A stretch of DNA of 61,114 nucleotides, the filler included, from a candidate division TA06 bacterium SM23_40 (lineage in GTDB: Bacteria > LJUI01 > SM1-40): NCBI GenBank assembly GCA_001303705.1. It is 4 parts of 4 records of this genome, joined end to end, with 100 filler letters (N's around TTAATTAATTAA, not from the genome) between each part and the next. Parts side by side here need not be neighbours in the genome. Positions count along the whole stretch, not along the records: positions 47,018 to 61,114 come from LJUI01000059.1; 3 more parts are not named here. One strand, 5' to 3'. Both the position numbers and the translations under genes were made by a program. The notes under the pieces were generated by a model. It did not search any database. It was not told the origin of the DNA and worked only from the letters and a program-made list of their open reading frames with translations. The first letter of the stretch is position 1; every line of letters starts with the position of its first letter. This document shows, piece after piece, positions 57,732-61,114 of the stretch.

Positions 57732-58922
57732 ATGAGACTGTTGACGACGTTGTGGTGTGCAGCCCTGGTTCTCGGGCTGTGCGGGAGTATCTCGGCCACG
57801 GTCATACATGTCCCGGACGACTATCCGACCATCCAGTGGGGTATTGATGCAGCGGTCGGCGGTGATACCGTGCTGGTGGCCGATGGCACATACACCGGTT
57901 CGCTGAACCGAGACCTCGATTTCGGCGGCAAGGCGATCGTCGTGATGTCGGAGAACGGGCCGCACGTGACCATCATCGACTGTGAGGGGAGCATCTCAGA
58001 ACCGCATCGCGGGTTCTACTTCCACAGCGGGGAGGGCCCGGCATCCGTGGTGCGGGGGTTCATAATCCAGGGTGGATGGGCCGAGTACGGCGGCGGGATC
58101 AATTGCGACAGTTCTTCTCCCACGATCCAGGGCAACACGATCAGGGGGAATACAGCCGGCTACGACGGCGGTGGGATCTATTGCGGAGAGTGTTCTTCGG
58201 TCATCGTCGATAACACGATCACAGAGAATGCGGCCAACACCGGTGGGGGGATCGCCTGCTACTACAACTCTTCTCCGACGGTCATGAACACCATCCTCTG
58301 GGCAGACGATGCCGGCACAGGCCATGAAATCTACCTGGGTGAAGCCAGTTCGATGGCTGTGTCCTACTCGGATATATCGTCTCGATGGTTGGCAGTCTTC
58401 GTTGCCCCGGGTTGCACCCTGGAGTGGGGAGAGGGTAACATTGAGACGAATCCGAAGTTTGTGCTGGCCAATCTGCAGGACTACCGACTGCTGTGGGGGT
58501 CGCCCTGCATCGACGTCGGGCATCCGGACTACCTCGACCCGGACGGCACGCGGAGCGACATCGGGGCCCACTTCTTCGATCAATCGAAGACCATCGTCGC
58601 GTATGCTACGCCCCAGACTCGCACTCTGTCCCCGGGTGATAACTGTGCAGTACTCTATGCAATGATCAACATCCACCCTGAGCCAGTAGAGGTGAGAGGG
58701 GGCGTTGAGCTTACCCTGCCCAACGGCGAGCCGTGGTCGGGGAACCCGCTAGAGGGACCTGGCTACACCGTTTTCCCACCTGAGTTCACCTGGCAGATTG
58801 TTCGGGAATATACGGTGCCCGAGACGTGGCCGCTCGGAGTCTCCGTCTTCACCTGGAGAGTGGGAATGCCCGGGAACCTCTACGACAGAGATCGCTTCCT
58901 GTTCACGGTGGTGGAGCCATAG
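57732..58922 (+). CDS. Secreted right-handed beta-helix repeat protein, short form
   Basis: Signal peptide; only about 3 GGGI.C repeats. Confidence 0.87.
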   Translation: MRLLTTLWCAALVLGLCGSISATVIHVPDDYPTIQWGIDAAVGGDTVLVADGTYTGSLNRDLDFGGKAIVVMSENGPHVTIIDCEGSISEPHRGFYFHSGEGPASVVRGFIIQGGWAEYGGGINCDSSSPTIQGNTIRGNTAGYDGGGIYCGECSSVIVDNTITENAANTGGGIACYYNSSPTVMNTILWADDAGTGHEIYLGEASSMAVSYSDISSRWLAVFVAPGCTLEWGEGNIETNPKFVLANLQDYRLLWGSPCIDVGHPDYLDPDGTRSDIGAHFFDQSKTIVAYATPQTRTLSPGDNCAVLYAMINIHPEPVEVRGGVELTLPNGEPWSGNPLEGPGYTVFPPEFTWQIVREYTVPETWPLGVSVFTWRVGMPGNLYDRDRFLFTVVEP

Positions 58923-59248
58923 GGCATGTAGGCAGCCTCCAAGGGTGGGGGGTTCTGGAGCGGGCGCGTCAGTATACTCGCCGGTCCCTATGCTCATCCG
59001 ATAGATGGTGCTGACAGATCAGATACTGACGAGCACTGGGCGCCTCTCTGTGAGGCGCTCGTGTGCAGGTGGTTTGGCGCAGGTCGGTGTGTCAGGGGAG
59101 CTGGTGTGTCAGGGGAGGCGGTGCACGGCACCGACCTCAGCCAAGAGGCCCGGTCTGGCCGCGGCCATTGCACCTGTGACGAGGCGCGGTTGTGCAGGTG
59201 AGAGCGTCGATTTTGCGCACAGAAGAACGCCGAAAGGAGGGTGGCGCC

Positions 59249-61012
59249 ATGGGCAAGCGGACAATTCTGCTGAGTACAACTCTGGTTCTTGGATTGGGCG
59301 TAGGCGTCTCGGCGACAGTTCTTCACGTGCCCAGTGAGTATCCCACAATCCAGGCGGGGATCGATGTAGCGGTCGACGGGGATACCGTACTGGTCGCCGA
59401 CGGCACGTACACCGGTGACGGGAACCGCGACCTCGACTTGGGCGGCAAGGCCATTGTCGTCATGTCCGAGAACGGGCCGCAGGTCACGACCATCGTGTGC
59501 GAGGGAAGCGTGCAGGACCCCCATCGCGGGTTCCACTTCCACAGCGGCGAGGACTCCGCCTCAGTAGTCAAGGGGTTTACGATCAGGGACGGGTGCGCGC
59601 ACGGTGTCTGGCCGGACTACAACGGTGGTGGTATCTTGTGCAATGTCGCTTCACCCACCATCGAAGGCAACAGGATTACGGGGAATGTAGGAGGCGTGGG
59701 CGGTGGGATTTCCTGCCTGTCGTCCTCGGCGATCATCGTTGACAACGCGATCACGGAGAACTCGGGCTGCGGGATCACATGCTTCCTCAGTTCTCCGATC
59801 ATCGAAGGCAACACGATCGCGGCTAATACGGGCGGTGGCGGCGCCGGGATCCGATGTGAGAACAATTCCTCGCCTACAATCGAGGGCAATACGATCACGG
59901 AAAACGAGGCCGGCAAGGGCGGCGGGATCGGCTGCTGGGAAGACTCCTCGCCGACGATCGCACGCAACGTTATCGCTGGGAACACGACTTCCTCCGGTGG
60001 CGGCGCCGGAATCTATCTCCATGAGAACTGTTCTCCCGGCATCCAGGAGAATACGATCACCGGGAACGTGGCCATGGAGGACGAGAGCGTCGGCGGCGGC
60101 ATCTGCGGCTGGGTCGATTCTTCCCCGACGATCGAGGGCAACACAATCACGGGAAACGCGGCAGGCATGGGCGGCGGGATGGGTTTCGTCGACTTCGGGT
60201 CGCCGCTCATCAAGGGCAACTCAATAGCGGCGAACACGGCAAGCCTGGCTGGCGGCGGGATCTATTGCGGGTGGGACACCTCTCCGACCGTCACCGGGAA
60301 TACATTCACGGGAAATGCGTCCGTCTATGGTGGAGGGATGGCGTGCTTCGATAACTCGTACCCCACGGTTATCAATACTATTCTGTGGGGCGACAGTGCT
60401 GGGATCGGCGGGGAGATATTTGCGGATGACACGAGTTGGGTGGTGGTCACGTACACCGATGTCGAGGGCGGCTGGCCGGGGGAGGGCAACATAGATACCG
60501 ATCCGTGGTTCGTCCAGCAGAGCTGGGGCGACTACCGTCTGCTCTGGCCATCTGCGTGCATCGACTCCGGGCATCCTGATTCTCTCGACCCTGATGGCAC
60601 GCGGAGTGATATGGGGGCGCACTTCCTGGATCAGTCGAAACCTCTCGTCATCTATGTGTCCCCGCAGGGACGGACGATAGCTCGCGGACAGATAGGCAGT
60701 CTGCTGTACACGATCATCAACTGCCACGAGGAACCCGAACCCTGTTGGTGGATCGCAAGGCTCATACGGCCCGGCGGCCAGCCCTGGCCAGGGAACCCGC
60801 TGGAGGGGCCCCTCTATCTCGTCGTGAAGCAGAACGCTTACTATCAGGCGTACCGGTCGTATACCGTACCTCTCCAATGCCCGCTCGGAACGTGGAGTTT
60901 TTCGACCAAACTGGGTCTGCCGGGGAACCTGTACGATGAGGACGGGTTCCAGTTCACGGTGGTGGAGTCGCGGGGAACTCTATCCGGCGGAGCCGGTGTT
61001 CGGGGATTGTAG
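59249..61012 (+). CDS. Secreted right-handed beta-helix repeat protein, long form
   Basis: AAGGAGG RBS; about 10 GGGI.C..SSPTI.GNTI..N repeats. Confidence 0.87.
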   Translation: MGKRTILLSTTLVLGLGVGVSATVLHVPSEYPTIQAGIDVAVDGDTVLVADGTYTGDGNRDLDLGGKAIVVMSENGPQVTTIVCEGSVQDPHRGFHFHSGEDSASVVKGFTIRDGCAHGVWPDYNGGGILCNVASPTIEGNRITGNVGGVGGGISCLSSSAIIVDNAITENSGCGITCFLSSPIIEGNTIAANTGGGGAGIRCENNSSPTIEGNTITENEAGKGGGIGCWEDSSPTIARNVIAGNTTSSGGGAGIYLHENCSPGIQENTITGNVAMEDESVGGGICGWVDSSPTIEGNTITGNAAGMGGGMGFVDFGSPLIKGNSIAANTASLAGGGIYCGWDTSPTVTGNTFTGNASVYGGGMACFDNSYPTVINTILWGDSAGIGGEIFADDTSWVVVTYTDVEGGWPGEGNIDTDPWFVQQSWGDYRLLWPSACIDSGHPDSLDPDGTRSDMGAHFLDQSKPLVIYVSPQGRTIARGQIGSLLYTIINCHEEPEPCWWIARLIRPGGQPWPGNPLEGPLYLVVKQNAYYQAYRSYTVPLQCPLGTWSFSTKLGLPGNLYDEDGFQFTVVESRGTLSGGAGVRGL

Positions 61013-61114
61013 GTGAGGGGGGTCGCTGCGGGCAGCCCCGCATCCGAACTCCCCGGGTCCGGCCCCGGTACCCACATTGATCTTGGCCGGAATACATCGA
61101 ATCTAACGATATAG

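Noticed and set aside
52867..61012. Paralog array as diversity-generating retroelement targets
   Set aside because: No reverse transcriptase and no template/variable repeat pair with adenine-specific differences seen.

Overview
GC-rich bacterial sequence. It is not one continuous locus: four contigs are joined by three identical 100-nt spacers (N44-TTAATTAATTAA-N44) at 18274-18373, 32693-32792 and 46918-47017, so gene order across the spacers carries no information. Secreted proteins with FlgD-like C-terminal domains suggest an FCB-group or related candidate-phylum genome (inference). Contig 1 holds two orphan sensor kinases (one frameshifted), a GT-C pseudogene, a DPY19-like GT-C glycosyltransferase with TPRs, a livKHMGF operon, an hgcC-like AbrB-family gene and a secreted beta-propeller protein. 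Contig 2 is mostly a three-times-repeated four-gene membrane cassette with no ATPase (A: FN3 plus DUF6754-like; B; C; D). A and C look like distant paralogs with opposite membrane orientation, and B and D may be as well. This is the best candidate for an undescribed transport or signalling system. Contig 3 is a dcw cluster from murE to ftsZ without ddl. Contig 4 holds mgsA, phage-like remnants and an array of secreted beta-helix paralogs. It also has two duplicated promoter-plus-structured-leader elements (one riboswitch-like with a terminator) and orphan C-terminal gene tails. All family calls come from motif recognition by eye; no searches were run.
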